A stretch of DNA of 64,000 bases, from positions 1-64,000 of the IMG/VR virus record IMGVR_UViG_3300009514_000374. One strand, given 5' to 3'. The translations under genes and the position numbers were made by a program. The DNA is from a virus. Below the pieces are notes generated by a model. The model was not told the origin of the DNA, did not search any database, and was given only the letters and a program-made list of their open reading frames with translations. Shown here piece after piece: positions 1 to 8,896 of the stretch. Position 1 is the stretch's first letter; each line of letters begins with the position of its first letter.

Positions 1-229
1 CCCATTCAGCGGGCTCCGAATTGTCCTCGTCCCAATCAGCGTCGATCCATCCCCACGTTCGACCAGTGCGGACGTTGGAGATGCACGCCGGGGAAACTCC
101 AAGCTCGCGCGCCAAGGCTCCGTTGCTTCGGGACGACCCGAGGATATAGCGGACCTTGGCGAGCGTGAGCTTGCCGTTGTGGTTTGCCTGGCCCTTGCGG
201 GCGCAGGGTGGGTCGGGTTGCGTGGACAT
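1..229 (-). CDS. Small HTH protein resembling the C-terminal DNA-binding domain of phage HNH endonucleases (runs off window start)
   Basis: Manual translation from ATG at 229 with AAGGAG RBS: MSTQPDPPCARKGQANHNGKLTLAKVRYILGSSRSNGALARELGVSPACISNVRTGRTW; not in ORF track. Confidence 0.65.
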   Translation of the reverse strand, partial: MSTQPDPPCARKGQANHNGKLTLAKVRYILGSSRSNGALARELGVSPACISNVRTGRTWGWIDADWDEDNSEPAEW

Positions 230-257
230 GACGGGCTCCTTGGGTGTTGGGGAACCT

Positions 258-334
258 TGGCTCCGAGGGACGGGATCGAACCGCCGACCTGATGGTTAAC
301 AGCCATCTGCATCTACCAACTGAGCTACCTCGGA
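258..334 (-). tRNA. tRNA-Asn(GTT)
   Basis: Cloverleaf: TCCGAGG/CCTCGGA acceptor, GATGG-CTGTTAA-CCATC anticodon arm, GTTCGA T-loop, encoded CCA. Confidence 0.95.
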
Positions 335-698
335 ATGTCTGCTGAAAAATGATCGAGGATCGATGGGCCAAGGTCGCTGGCGCGAGTAGCCCTCTCAAAT
401 TCTTCGGGTGTTAGGTGATTGGAAAGGTCGATCAGGCCCGCGTGAATTTCTGCGTGACAGTTGGAGCAGACGAGGATGCACTTGTCTAGTTGCCACTGCT
501 GATCTGGAAATCCTTTTTGCTCGGATCGAGATGGTGAAACTGGAGCGCACCATCACAGCGGTCGTACCCGCAGATGCGGCACTTGCCGCCCTTGTATTCG
601 ATCGAGTCTGCTTTGATTCTCCTTCTGGCTGCTTTCACCGCGTCTTTAAGACGCTGTTTTTCTTCTACGGTCAACGAGTGGTACGGCTTGGAAGGCAC
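326..698 (-). pseudogene. HNH endonuclease, frameshifted by an apparent internal deletion
   Basis: ORF 698-486 has CRICGY..LQFHHLDP; the C-terminal part LDKCILVCSNCHAEIH continues immediately in another frame. Confidence 0.75.
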
Positions 699-711
699 GC
701 ACCGACTATAT

Positions 712-787
712 TGGAGGGCCGGGTGGGAGTCGAACCCACGACACCTTGGTTAACGGCCAAGTGCTCTGACCACTGAGCTACCAACCC
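712..787 (-). tRNA. tRNA with GTT anticodon (Asn), atypical C33 and U73
   Basis: GGGTTGG/CCGGCCC acceptor, CTTGG-CCGTTAA-CCAAG anticodon arm, CCA. Confidence 0.85.
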
Positions 788-808
788 AAATTGGATCAGC
801 GACCAGCG

Positions 809-884
809 TGGTGTCCCGTGCCGGATTTGAACCGGCGTCTTGAGCTTGAGAGGCTCAGATCCTAGGCCACTAGACGAACGGGAC
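809..884 (-). tRNA. tRNA-Glu(CTC)
   Basis: TGAGC-CTCTCAA-GCTCA anticodon arm, GTTCAA T-loop, CCA. Confidence 0.95.
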
Positions 885-887
885 GTG

Positions 888-964
888 TGGTGTCGGAGAC
901 GGGATTTGAACCCGTGACCTCTCGGGTGAAAACCGAGGATCCTAAACCGCTAGACCACTCCGAC
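888..964 (-). tRNA. tRNA-Glu(TTC)
   Basis: CTCGG-TTTTCAC-CCGAG anticodon arm, CCA. Confidence 0.95.
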
Positions 965-1200
965 GCATGAAGGGCGAACCGTTCCTGCGCGGGGGACGAC
1001 CTGTCCGTTTTCGGTCGCTTACTCGATACCCCCGCGCAGGCACAATTCACCCTCGCGCTCTCGTTCACCGAGAGCGGGCCGCGCGGGGTAGGTATTGAGT
1101 CGAAGCGACATCGCTAGAGGTTGTACTCGGTGGCTCAGGCGTCGTCAAGGCCGAATGCGAGAAACCCGTTACACTGGCCGATCGGTAGGGTAAGGCCATC

Positions 1201-1674
1201 GTGAAATACTTTTTCGATTGGGAATTCCACGACGACGGCAAAACCATCGAGCCTATCTCGATCGGCATCGTCGCCGAGGACGGGTCGGCCCTGTACCTGG
1301 AGCTTCCCTACAACATCCCCCGCATCGAAGCGGATCCTTGGATCATGGAGAACGTGGTGCCCCATCTTGAGGGCGTGACGGTTCCGCGTGAACAAGCGTG
1401 CGAGTCGATCAACAAGTGGGTGGGCGACGACCCGGAATTCTGGGCCTACTACGCCGACTACGATTGGGTCGTGCTGTGCCAGTTGTTCGGAGGGATGCTC
1501 AAGCTCCCCAAGCGATTCCCGAAGCTGTGCCTCGACCTCCAACAATGGTGGATCCAGCTTGGTCGTCCCGAGGGTGTGAAGCCGCCCGCCCATTTTGGTG
1601 AGCATCACGCCCTCGCCGATGCCCGATGGAACCGCGACCTACATGCGGCTCTCGCCGAGTATGCGAAGCGGTAG
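1201..1674 (+). CDS. DEDDh 3'-5' exoribonuclease, Rv2179c/RNase AS-like
   Basis: YFFDWEF..ISIGIVAEDG..WAYYADYDWV..HHALADA motifs. Confidence 0.9.
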   Translation: MKYFFDWEFHDDGKTIEPISIGIVAEDGSALYLELPYNIPRIEADPWIMENVVPHLEGVTVPREQACESINKWVGDDPEFWAYYADYDWVVLCQLFGGMLKLPKRFPKLCLDLQQWWIQLGRPEGVKPPAHFGEHHALADARWNRDLHAALAEYAKR

Positions 1675-1750
1675 AATTACGGGCACGCCCGGTGCAAAGC
1701 CGCGCACGCCCGGCTGCGCCGCGAGCGACCCTATATTCGGATCTTAGTGA

Positions 1751-3010
1751 ATGGCAAAGCACTTTTGTCTCGACACCAACGTACTGGTTGACGACCCCGA
1801 TGCCATCTTCCGTTTTGACGAACACACCGTAGTCATCCCCTTTGAGGTTCTGACCGAGCTAGACCGCCACAAGGTCCGGCAGGACATCGTAGGTGCAAAT
1901 ACGCGGAAGGTAATCCGATCTCTTGACGAGCTTCGGGCGAAGGGTTGGCTCACCGAGGGCGTTCCTCTCAACGATGTCGGTGGCACTCTGATCGTTCCTG
2001 AACGGGTCAGAGGGGCAGTCACAAACGACGACGCGATTCTCTCGGTTGCACAGTCGCACGACGCCACGCTGATCACGAACGACATTAACATGCGCGTGCT
2101 TGCGGGGGCAGCCCGAATCGAGGCGCAGCACTACGAGTGGAACGGCAAGCGCGAGGACGCACTCTACTCGGGGGCGCAGCGCATCTCGATCGGGTCCGAC
2201 CTGATCGACACGTTCTACGATCGCGGTCACGTTGACCTTCCGGTCGAGCTTCGCGGCGACCTTCACCCGCACCAATTCACGATCGCCAAGAACGGTGTCG
2301 AGAACCACTCGGCCATCGGCCGGTACCTCGACGGGCAGATGCACGCGCTCAAGGTGACGGGCGAAACGGACATCGCGGGGATCCGGCCCAAAAACAAGGA
2401 GCAGCAGTTTGCGCTCGACCTCTTGACGAACCCCGACATCCCGCTCGTGTCATTGATCGGCAAGGCGGGTTGTGGCAAGAGCTTGCTCGCCACGGCGGCG
2501 GGGCTTCACCAGACCGTCGAGCGTGACGGGCGGTACACAAAGCTGATCGTCACCCGTCCCGTCACTCCGATGGGCCGCGACCTTGGCTACCTACCAGGGA
2601 CGTTGGAGGAAAAGATGTCGCCGTGGATCCAACCGATCAGGGACAGTCTCTCGATGTTGCTCGGCGGAGACAAGCGCACGATCGACATGAAATTTGAGGA
2701 CGGCTCGATCGAGATCGAGGCCCTGACCTACATCCGTGGACGGTCGATCCCCAAGGCATACATGATTGTGGACGAGTGCCAGAACCTCTCGGTCCCCGAG
2801 ATCAAGGCGGTCGTCACTCGCATCGGTGAGGGCTCCAAGATCGTCCTGACCGGGGACATCGAGCAGATCGACGGCTCGCGCTTCGATGCCCGAACGAACG
2901 GGCTGGCGTATCTGATCGAGAAATTCAAGGACCAGGCGGTCGCCGGGCACATCACGCTGCTCAAGGGTGAACGATCGGATCTGGCGACCCTGGCGGCCGA
3001 CCTGCTCTAA
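1751..3010 (+). CDS. phoH: PIN-PhoH (PhoH2/YlaK-like) protein
   Basis: N-terminal PIN (LDTNVL, ELD, NDD, TND); Walker A GKAGCGKS, LGYLPG, YIRGRS, DECQN, GDIEQID. Confidence 0.95.
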   Translation: MAKHFCLDTNVLVDDPDAIFRFDEHTVVIPFEVLTELDRHKVRQDIVGANTRKVIRSLDELRAKGWLTEGVPLNDVGGTLIVPERVRGAVTNDDAILSVAQSHDATLITNDINMRVLAGAARIEAQHYEWNGKREDALYSGAQRISIGSDLIDTFYDRGHVDLPVELRGDLHPHQFTIAKNGVENHSAIGRYLDGQMHALKVTGETDIAGIRPKNKEQQFALDLLTNPDIPLVSLIGKAGCGKSLLATAAGLHQTVERDGRYTKLIVTRPVTPMGRDLGYLPGTLEEKMSPWIQPIRDSLSMLLGGDKRTIDMKFEDGSIEIEALTYIRGRSIPKAYMIVDECQNLSVPEIKAVVTRIGEGSKIVLTGDIEQIDGSRFDARTNGLAYLIEKFKDQAVAGHITLLKGERSDLATLAADLL

Positions 3011-3035
3011 TTCGTCTATGGGAAGCCATCGTTAG

Positions 3036-4085
3036 ATGGCGCGCTCGTCGCATATCCGCGTGGCGGGTCGGTTCCGGCTCCGTACCGCCCGTGGGACCGT
3101 GATCCTCCCGGCAGGGTCCAAGTTGTTCCATGGCACGATTGAGCCGTTCTCGACGGCCCTGCGGCCTGGAGGGTACGACGCCGTGGCTTGGTTCGCTGAC
3201 GACCCCACGATCGCGCAGCTTTACATCCCTCGGGCGGGTGCTTCTACGATTGTGTCGAGCACCCACATCGCTCAACCAAGCCAAGACTCGACCATTCAGG
3301 CCATACAAAAGATGGTCGGGCTCCACTACTCCAAGGTCGAGTGGGATTCCGGGGGGCGGGTGAGAAGCTACCAGACGCCCGATGTCCCTCCGTGGAATCG
3401 GATCGGAGGCGTAGCGCGCTCACGGGTGCTCCGGGCTTTGATCGATGCGGAAAACGAGGTCAAGGCTTTCAGTCAGCGACGACTGGAAATCTCCCAAGCT
3501 CGGAAGCGGGGCGAGATAGACGCTGACGAGCGTATTGCCCTGACGACGGAAACTTTCAACGAGCAGGGCAAGGTTGAGGCACGGATCAAAGAGCTTGAGG
3601 TCGAGTACAACGCTCTCAACAACGGGTACGAAAAGGAAATCGAGAAGCGGCTGGAGGCGATGGGTTACGAGCCCTACCTGAAAGGCCGCCCCGGAGATCA
3701 GTCGTATCGCTTCTATTTGGAAGGTCGCCGCGTGCTCCCACCCGGAGGGAGTGCGGATGGGCGGCTATTCATCGGAACGACCACCCGCGACATGACCTTG
3801 TGGCTCAAGGCGCGTGGTGAGGGCGACCTGATGAATGTCCAATACCACGATGTTCGTGGTTTCCGTGACGCCCGCGACGAAGGGCTCGACGGCGTGATGA
3901 TCGATGATTTCGCGCAGAGCGAGGCACACGGGAACCTCGGACACTTGAGCGTCGGGTTGTTCTCCCCCGCCCTCAAGGACGTGCGGTTCAAACAGGTGCC
4001 TGCGACCTACGAGGAATACGACCGCAGCGGCAAGACCAAGGCGTATCCTCGCGGCGGCAACGTCGATTTCCACCGGCTGTTCTAG
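3036..4085 (+). CDS. Putative ADP-ribosyltransferase-like protein with N-terminal RVAGRF tag
   Basis: LPAGSKLFHGT, WFADD..AQLY, GLDGVMIDD pattern typical of polyvalent-protein ART folds; leader HIRVAGRFRLRTA. Confidence 0.5.
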   Translation: MARSSHIRVAGRFRLRTARGTVILPAGSKLFHGTIEPFSTALRPGGYDAVAWFADDPTIAQLYIPRAGASTIVSSTHIAQPSQDSTIQAIQKMVGLHYSKVEWDSGGRVRSYQTPDVPPWNRIGGVARSRVLRALIDAENEVKAFSQRRLEISQARKRGEIDADERIALTTETFNEQGKVEARIKELEVEYNALNNGYEKEIEKRLEAMGYEPYLKGRPGDQSYRFYLEGRRVLPPGGSADGRLFIGTTTRDMTLWLKARGEGDLMNVQYHDVRGFRDARDEGLDGVMIDDFAQSEAHGNLGHLSVGLFSPALKDVRFKQVPATYEEYDRSGKTKAYPRGGNVDFHRLF

Positions 4086-6115
4086 GACTCGTCGGTACGA
4101 CTCGCCAGCCAGGTCTGTACGTCGGACGTGGGCATGGGCTTGGCGATGTAGTAGCCCTGAGCGAAATCCACCCCGAGGGCCTTGAGGGTGTTCCAATGCG
4201 CCTTGGTTTCGACGCCCTCGGCGACCACGTAGATCCCAAGGTTGTGGGCAAGCTGCACGATGGTCTGGATGATCGATTTGGCGTGCTCACGCTCGCCGAG
4301 GCTGCGCACGAACGACTGATCGATCTTGAGCCCGTCGAGCGGAAATTTCATAATCGAGTGCAAGGCACTGTAGCCGGTTCCGAAATCGTCCAGATGGACA
4401 AAGAAATTCGCACGCCGCATCGCCTTCATCGTGGCGATGCTCGCCTGCTCGTCCTCCATGAGCGCCGACTCCGTGACCTCGACACCAATGGTGCCCGCTG
4501 GTAGGTCACGCGAGGTTACGGCCTTCTTGAATCGGCCGACGAGGTTCTTGTTCGTGAATTGTTTGGGCGACACGTTGACGCTCACCGAGACAGGTTCGGT
4601 GTATTTCCATTGGCTCACGTCGATGCACGATTGGTCGAGCACGAATTCCCCGATCTCGTGGATCAGGCCCGTGTCCTCTGCGACCGGGATGAAATCGACG
4701 GGGGACACCCACCCGCGCGTCGCGTGGTACCAGCGGGCCAGGGCCTCAAACGAAATGGGCTTGCCTGTCGCCATCGAGACGATGGGCTGGTAGTGAACGC
4801 TCAGGTCGTCCCGGTATAGCGCCGTTCGGAGATCGCGCTCGATGCCGAATTGCTTGGCAAGATCCGCACGCATCGGCTCGTCAAACACGACGTAGCGGTT
4901 CCGGCCCAACGCCTTGGCCCGGTGCATCGCAATATCTGCGTCACGGATCACATCCTCGGGCGCCTCGTAGGAGTCCGCAGAGGCCGTCGTGATGCCGATG
5001 GAGATGCTGTGCCTGTACTCCCGCTTCTCGATGCGAAACGGCTCCCTGAACGCCTCCACGACGCCCTGAGCGTAGGTCGAGGCGACGTGGGCCGGGACAC
5101 CCCGCACGAGGGCCACGAATTCGTCCCCTCCGTAGCGGCCTACCACGTCCTGACCGCGCAGATTCGCGGTGATCCGTTGGCCCACGGCCAGGAGAATTTG
5201 ATCGCCGACCGCGTGCCCTTGCGAGTCGTTAATGAATTTGAACCGATCAAGGTCGAGCAGCATGACCGCGAATCGGTATTCGGGGTTGGCCCGAGCCTTG
5301 TCGAATTCACGGCTAAGCTCGTCCAAGAAATGAAAGCGGTTCACGAGGCCCGTGACGCGATCAAACTGAGCGTCGTAGAGGATGCGCGCCTCGGTGAGCT
5401 TTTGCTTGTCCACGTCAGTCTGCGAACCGGCGATGCGGATGGCTCGACCTACCGAGTCCCGTTCCACGATGCCGCGCACGAGCATCCACTTGAACAAGCC
5501 AGCCTTGGTAGCGATGCGGTACTCGTGCTTGAACACGGGGGTCGCCCCGTTCACATGAGCGTCGAAGCGTTCCTTGAACCGGGGGAAATCGTCGGGGTGG
5601 ATCATCGAGAACCACTGCTCCGTGGACGTGACCTCCCCGCCTTGGTAGCCGACGAGGTTGCACCATCGCGGCGAAAAGTAGGCCATGCCGGTTTGGAGGT
5701 CCCAATCCCAGACGCCATCGCGGACGCCGTGGACCGTTCGCTGAAAACGCATCTCCATCGTTTGCAACGCTTGCAGATGTGAAGCTCTGTCGAGCGCGTA
5801 CAAGACGGCCCTCTCCAACAAGGCGGTCGTCAGGTTGTCGCGCGCGAGGTAGTCGGCCGCACCAGCAGCGACGGCATCGAGCCCTTCTTGTTCGTCGCCT
5901 GACGTGAGTGCAACGACGGGTTGTGTGCGTGCCAGATCACGGATGCCGTCAGCACCCGCGAGCGCGTAGTCGTACACGATCACACCACTCGTTGCGGGGG
6001 TGACAGGGGGGAGGGTGACGTTGAACTGCGACCGCACCGAATCGGCAAGGTACGATCGGATCAGGTCGGCCATTTGGTCGTCCCCCGAAATTACAAGCAC
6101 GCTTACCGGATCCAT
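4082..6115 (-). CDS. REC-PAS-GGDEF-EAL diguanylate cyclase/phosphodiesterase
   Basis: GAADYL receiver, DGVWDW..IHPDD PAS, DLDRFKFIND..RYGGDEF, YQPIV..FEALARW..EVTES..DDFGTGYS..KIDQSFV..EGVET..QGY. Confidence 0.95.
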   Translation of the reverse strand: MDPVSVLVISGDDQMADLIRSYLADSVRSQFNVTLPPVTPATSGVIVYDYALAGADGIRDLARTQPVVALTSGDEQEGLDAVAAGAADYLARDNLTTALLERAVLYALDRASHLQALQTMEMRFQRTVHGVRDGVWDWDLQTGMAYFSPRWCNLVGYQGGEVTSTEQWFSMIHPDDFPRFKERFDAHVNGATPVFKHEYRIATKAGLFKWMLVRGIVERDSVGRAIRIAGSQTDVDKQKLTEARILYDAQFDRVTGLVNRFHFLDELSREFDKARANPEYRFAVMLLDLDRFKFINDSQGHAVGDQILLAVGQRITANLRGQDVVGRYGGDEFVALVRGVPAHVASTYAQGVVEAFREPFRIEKREYRHSISIGITTASADSYEAPEDVIRDADIAMHRAKALGRNRYVVFDEPMRADLAKQFGIERDLRTALYRDDLSVHYQPIVSMATGKPISFEALARWYHATRGWVSPVDFIPVAEDTGLIHEIGEFVLDQSCIDVSQWKYTEPVSVSVNVSPKQFTNKNLVGRFKKAVTSRDLPAGTIGVEVTESALMEDEQASIATMKAMRRANFFVHLDDFGTGYSALHSIMKFPLDGLKIDQSFVRSLGEREHAKSIIQTIVQLAHNLGIYVVAEGVETKAHWNTLKALGVDFAQGYYIAKPMPTSDVQTWLASRTDES

Positions 6116-6164
6116 CCTAACAACGTCGCACCTATAGCCCGAATACGGGTGGGCGGCGCGCCCG

Positions 6165-6192
6165 CGTTTCGCTTTTTCGCCGATGGCGTAAG
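6165..6192 (+). promoter_or_regulatory. Variant copy of GGTTTC-N17-CGT motif (16-nt spacer)
   Basis: CGTTTC-gctttttcgccgatgg-CGTAAG upstream of ORF 6240. Confidence 0.4.
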
Positions 6193-6239
6193 CTGTGGTG
6201 AGGGTTCGTCACAACGTCGAGCCAACAAAGGACAGGAAC

Positions 6240-6647
6240 ATGACTACGAGAAAAGGCGTCATTGAAGGGGACGATCGTGTGCTCGCGGGCACGGGCTATG
6301 GGAGTAAGGACGACCCAAACGCCGTGCATGTAATCGATCGATCGCGTGACCTTCCGATCGAATTCACCGGACGAAAGATCGGGTACGGAAAGGTCGGCTC
6401 AGATCTTGGGTCCACGGAGGTCACGATCTACGTGACGGCAGGGGAGCAGATCGTGTGCCACGTCAGCCAAGTTCAGAGCCGCGACCGTCGCTTCTCCAAG
6501 GCCGAGGTATTCAAGGACGGCAAAGAAGCCCTGGAGTGGTTGCGTGACGGCAAGGGGGAGCTTGGAAAGGCCAGCAAGGATGCGTGGACCCAAGCCTGTG
6601 CCACCCACGAACCGATTGAACATCTGGCGCGTATCTCCGTCGAATAG
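6240..6647 (+). CDS. Hypothetical protein
   Basis: ORF with AGGA RBS, coding-like codon usage. Confidence 0.7.
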   Translation: MTTRKGVIEGDDRVLAGTGYGSKDDPNAVHVIDRSRDLPIEFTGRKIGYGKVGSDLGSTEVTIYVTAGEQIVCHVSQVQSRDRRFSKAEVFKDGKEALEWLRDGKGELGKASKDAWTQACATHEPIEHLARISVE

Positions 6648-6661
6648 GGTACGATCCCACC

Positions 6662-7006
6662 ATGCGTGACCTGAAATTCTGGCAACATCGGATCTTTGCG
6701 GCTGCCGCCCTCTTGATCTTCATGTACGGGATCAGCGAGCACGCCCGTCAGCGCGCGCACGAACGGACTCGTCACGATCACTTGATCGAGATCCGGCATG
6801 AGCTTGCCGACCTCAAAGAGAAGCTCGACAAGACGGCTCAGGAGCAGACGGCCGAGCGCATCGAGTACAAGATGGAGTCCTTGGCCGAGCGCGTGGACGA
6901 CCTGCGCAAGACGGCCAAGGATCTGTGCGAGGTCGAGTACGATCGTGGGTTTGACGAGGCGATGGATGTTGTGGACGAGGCGAGCTACGACGAGCCGGGC
7001 TGCTAG
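6662..7006 (+). CDS. Membrane-anchored coiled-coil protein
   Basis: Hydrophobic IFAAAALLIFMYGI followed by heptad-rich region. Confidence 0.65.
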   Translation: MRDLKFWQHRIFAAAALLIFMYGISEHARQRAHERTRHDHLIEIRHELADLKEKLDKTAQEQTAERIEYKMESLAERVDDLRKTAKDLCEVEYDRGFDEAMDVVDEASYDEPGC

Positions 7007-7033
7007 CCCGCGAAAATAAATTCGCCACGGCAC

Positions 7034-7062
7034 TTGACTCGCGCTGCGAGCAAGCGTAAACC
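7034..7062 (+). promoter_or_regulatory. Sigma70-like promoter upstream of tRNA array
   Basis: TTGACT-17nt-TAAACC with A-rich upstream tract. Confidence 0.55.
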
Positions 7063-7241
7063 TCCATCTGACGAGGTATTCCCATGTTTTCCGCGATCCA
7101 GATCACCGTCGAAGCACCACCGCAAGCCCCCGCCCATCTGGCGTCGGCCGTCGCGGGATCGTGTGCCTCCGGCTGGTCAGGTCGAGGTATGGGGTCCAGT
7201 AGTGGGCGCTCGTTCGGTTACAGACGCTCCGTCTAGCACAC

Positions 7242-7315
7242 GGGGCACTAGCTCAACCGGATAGAGCGCGGAGCTTCTAACTCCGAGGTCGCAGGTTCGA
7301 TCCCTGCGTGCCCTG
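7242..7315 (+). tRNA. tRNA-Arg(TCT)
   Basis: CGGAG-CTTCTAA-CTCCG; CCA not encoded. Confidence 0.93.
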
Positions 7316-7356
7316 CCGCTACTGGACGAAAAAGGCCGTACTCGGCTCGTCCTTTT

Positions 7357-7449
7357 GGAAGGTCTAGCCGATGGCTGGCGACGGCACTCCCCTGCTAAGG
7401 GAGCGAGGTGTAAAAGCCCTTGCGGGTTCGATCCCCGCACCTTCCGCCA
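7357..7449 (+). tRNA. tRNA-Ser(GCT)
   Basis: CTCCC-CTGCTAA-GGGAG, long variable arm, GCCA end. Confidence 0.93.
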
Positions 7450-7462
7450 ACACACAACCCTT

Positions 7463-7555
7463 GGAGAGTCTAGCCGATGGCTGGCGACGGCACTCGGTTG
7501 GAAGCCGAGCGAGGTGTAAAAGCCCTTGCGGGTTCGATCCCCGCACTCTCCGCCA
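7463..7555 (+). tRNA. tRNA-Ser(GGA)
   Basis: CTCGG-TTGGAAG-CCGAG, long variable arm, GCCA end. Confidence 0.93.
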
Positions 7556-7618
7556 AATCACTCAAATATGATTGGTAATTCGCCGAAATGGCACCAAATC
7601 ACTCAAATATGATTGGTA
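7553..7618. repeat. 25-nt AT-rich direct repeat, two copies
   Basis: CCAAATCACTCAAATATGATTGGTA at 7553-7577 and 7594-7618. Confidence 0.9.
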
Positions 7619-7626
7619 CGAAACTT

Positions 7627-7717
7627 GGAAGGTCAAGCCGAAAGCAGGCGACGGCACCGGCTTTGAACCCCGGCGAGGCGCAAGCCCTTACGAGTTCGAC
7701 CCTCGTACCTTCCGCCA
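7627..7717 (+). tRNA. tRNA-Ser(TGA)
   Basis: CCGGC-TTTGAAC-CCCGG, long variable arm, GCCA end. Confidence 0.9.
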
Positions 7718-7794
7718 ACAACATCTGACGTTTTAACCCTGGAGAAGACCAACAACACATCAGAAATGACATCCACCGACATCACCGCAACTTT

Positions 7795-7884
7795 GGAGGG
7801 TCAAGCCGATAGCTGGCGACGGCACTGGTTTCGAGTACCAGCGAGGTTTAACCGCCCTTGAGGGTTCGACCCCCTCACCCTCCG
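7795..7884 (+). tRNA. tRNA-Ser(CGA)
   Basis: CTGGT-TTCGAGT-ACCAG, long variable arm. Confidence 0.9.
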
Positions 7885-7977
7885 CCCTCGTAGACACCGC
7901 GCTCGCGGGTCTACCGTTAGAAGCGCGGTGTGAGGTGCCAGGTTGGACGGCACCTGGCGAGGTCAAGCCGTCCATTT

Positions 7978-8054
7978 GTGGATGTAGCTCAGTTTGGTAG
8001 AGCGTCTGGTTGCCAATCAGAAGGTCGCGGGTTCGACCCCCGCTATCCACTCCA
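7978..8054 (+). tRNA. tRNA-Gly(GCC)
   Basis: TCTGG-TTGCCAA-TCAGA, TCCA end. Confidence 0.95.
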
Positions 8055-8055
8055 A

Positions 8056-8131
8056 GTGTGTGTAGCTCAGTCGGCAGAGCGTCTGCTTCCCAAGCAGAAG
8101 GCCAAGGGTTCGATTCCCTTCACATGCTCCA
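8056..8131 (+). tRNA. tRNA-Gly(CCC)
   Basis: TCTGC-TTCCCAA-GCAGA, TCCA end. Confidence 0.93.
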
Positions 8132-8187
8132 ACGGCGACCTGGATCACAGTAACGGAGGACAAGAAATTGAAGGACTAAACACAAAC

Positions 8188-8265
8188 GCGGCTGTAGCTC
8201 ACGTTGGCTAGAGCACCTGCCTTCCAAGCAGGGGGTAGAGGGTTCGACTCCCTCCAGCCGCTCCA
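8188..8265 (+). tRNA. tRNA-Gly(TCC)
   Basis: CCTGC-CTTCCAA-GCAGG, TCCA end. Confidence 0.95.
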
Positions 8266-8266
8266 A

Positions 8267-8342
8267 GGGGTCTTAGCTCAGTCGGGAGAGCATCTGCTTT
8301 GCAAGCAGAGGGTCGTCGGTTCGATTCCGACAGGCTCCACCA
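8267..8342 (+). tRNA. tRNA-Ala(TGC)
   Basis: TCTGC-TTTGCAA-GCAGA, G3:U70, ACCA end. Confidence 0.95.
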
Positions 8343-8343
8343 T

Positions 8344-8419
8344 GGGGACATAGCTCAGTTGGGAGAGCGTTGCCTTCGCACGGCAAAGGTCAGGGGTTCG
8401 ACTCCCCTTGTCTCCACCA
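8344..8419 (+). tRNA. tRNA-Ala(CGC)
   Basis: TTGCC-TTCGCAC-GGCAA, G3:U70, ACCA end. Confidence 0.95.
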
Positions 8420-8449
8420 CAAGGAACACACAGATCAACATGCAAATTC

Positions 8450-8525
8450 GGGGATGTAGCTCAGTTGGGAGAGCGCTAGCGTGGCACGCTAGAGGTCGAG
8501 GGTTCGATCCCCTTCGTCTCCACCA
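8450..8525 (+). tRNA. tRNA-Ala(GGC)
   Basis: CTAGC-GTGGCAC-GCTAG, G3:U70, ACCA end. Confidence 0.95.
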
Positions 8526-8580
8526 CCCGTACAACCATCAGGAAACCAAGGACCAGAATGTAGAACAAGGAGTCATTGTC

Positions 8581-8787
8581 ATGCGCACTCTCAACGCCGA
8601 TTTCAACGCCCGTACCTCAGACCGCGCCGCCATCGTGCTTGGGCACGATGCGGAGCGCAAGATGATCCGGGTTGGCATGAAGGTGCGACTGACTGACGAC
8701 TCGATTGAGGTCGAGGCCGTGGTCGTGCAGCGCGACGGCTTGCTCGTCGCCATCCCCGAGTGGGGCACCCTCGACTACCTCAACTGA
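8581..8787 (+). CDS. Small hypothetical protein
   Basis: AAGGAG RBS; MRTLNADFNART..; the longer ORF-track call overlaps tRNAs. Confidence 0.6.
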   Translation: MRTLNADFNARTSDRAAIVLGHDAERKMIRVGMKVRLTDDSIEVEAVVVQRDGLLVAIPEWGTLDYLN

Positions 8788-8896
8788 CACGACCGCGCTC
8801 GATAGCGGAGGAAAGCCATGAAGCAGTACAAGCAAATCTTGAACACACAAGACAGTCGATGGCGAGGATGGATCTGTTCTCTCAACTGATCCATCC

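Noticed and set aside
7553-7618. 25-nt direct repeats as a mini-CRISPR array
   Set aside because: Only two copies, 16-nt spacer, the first overlaps the tRNA CCA, and no cas genes; more likely a local duplication.
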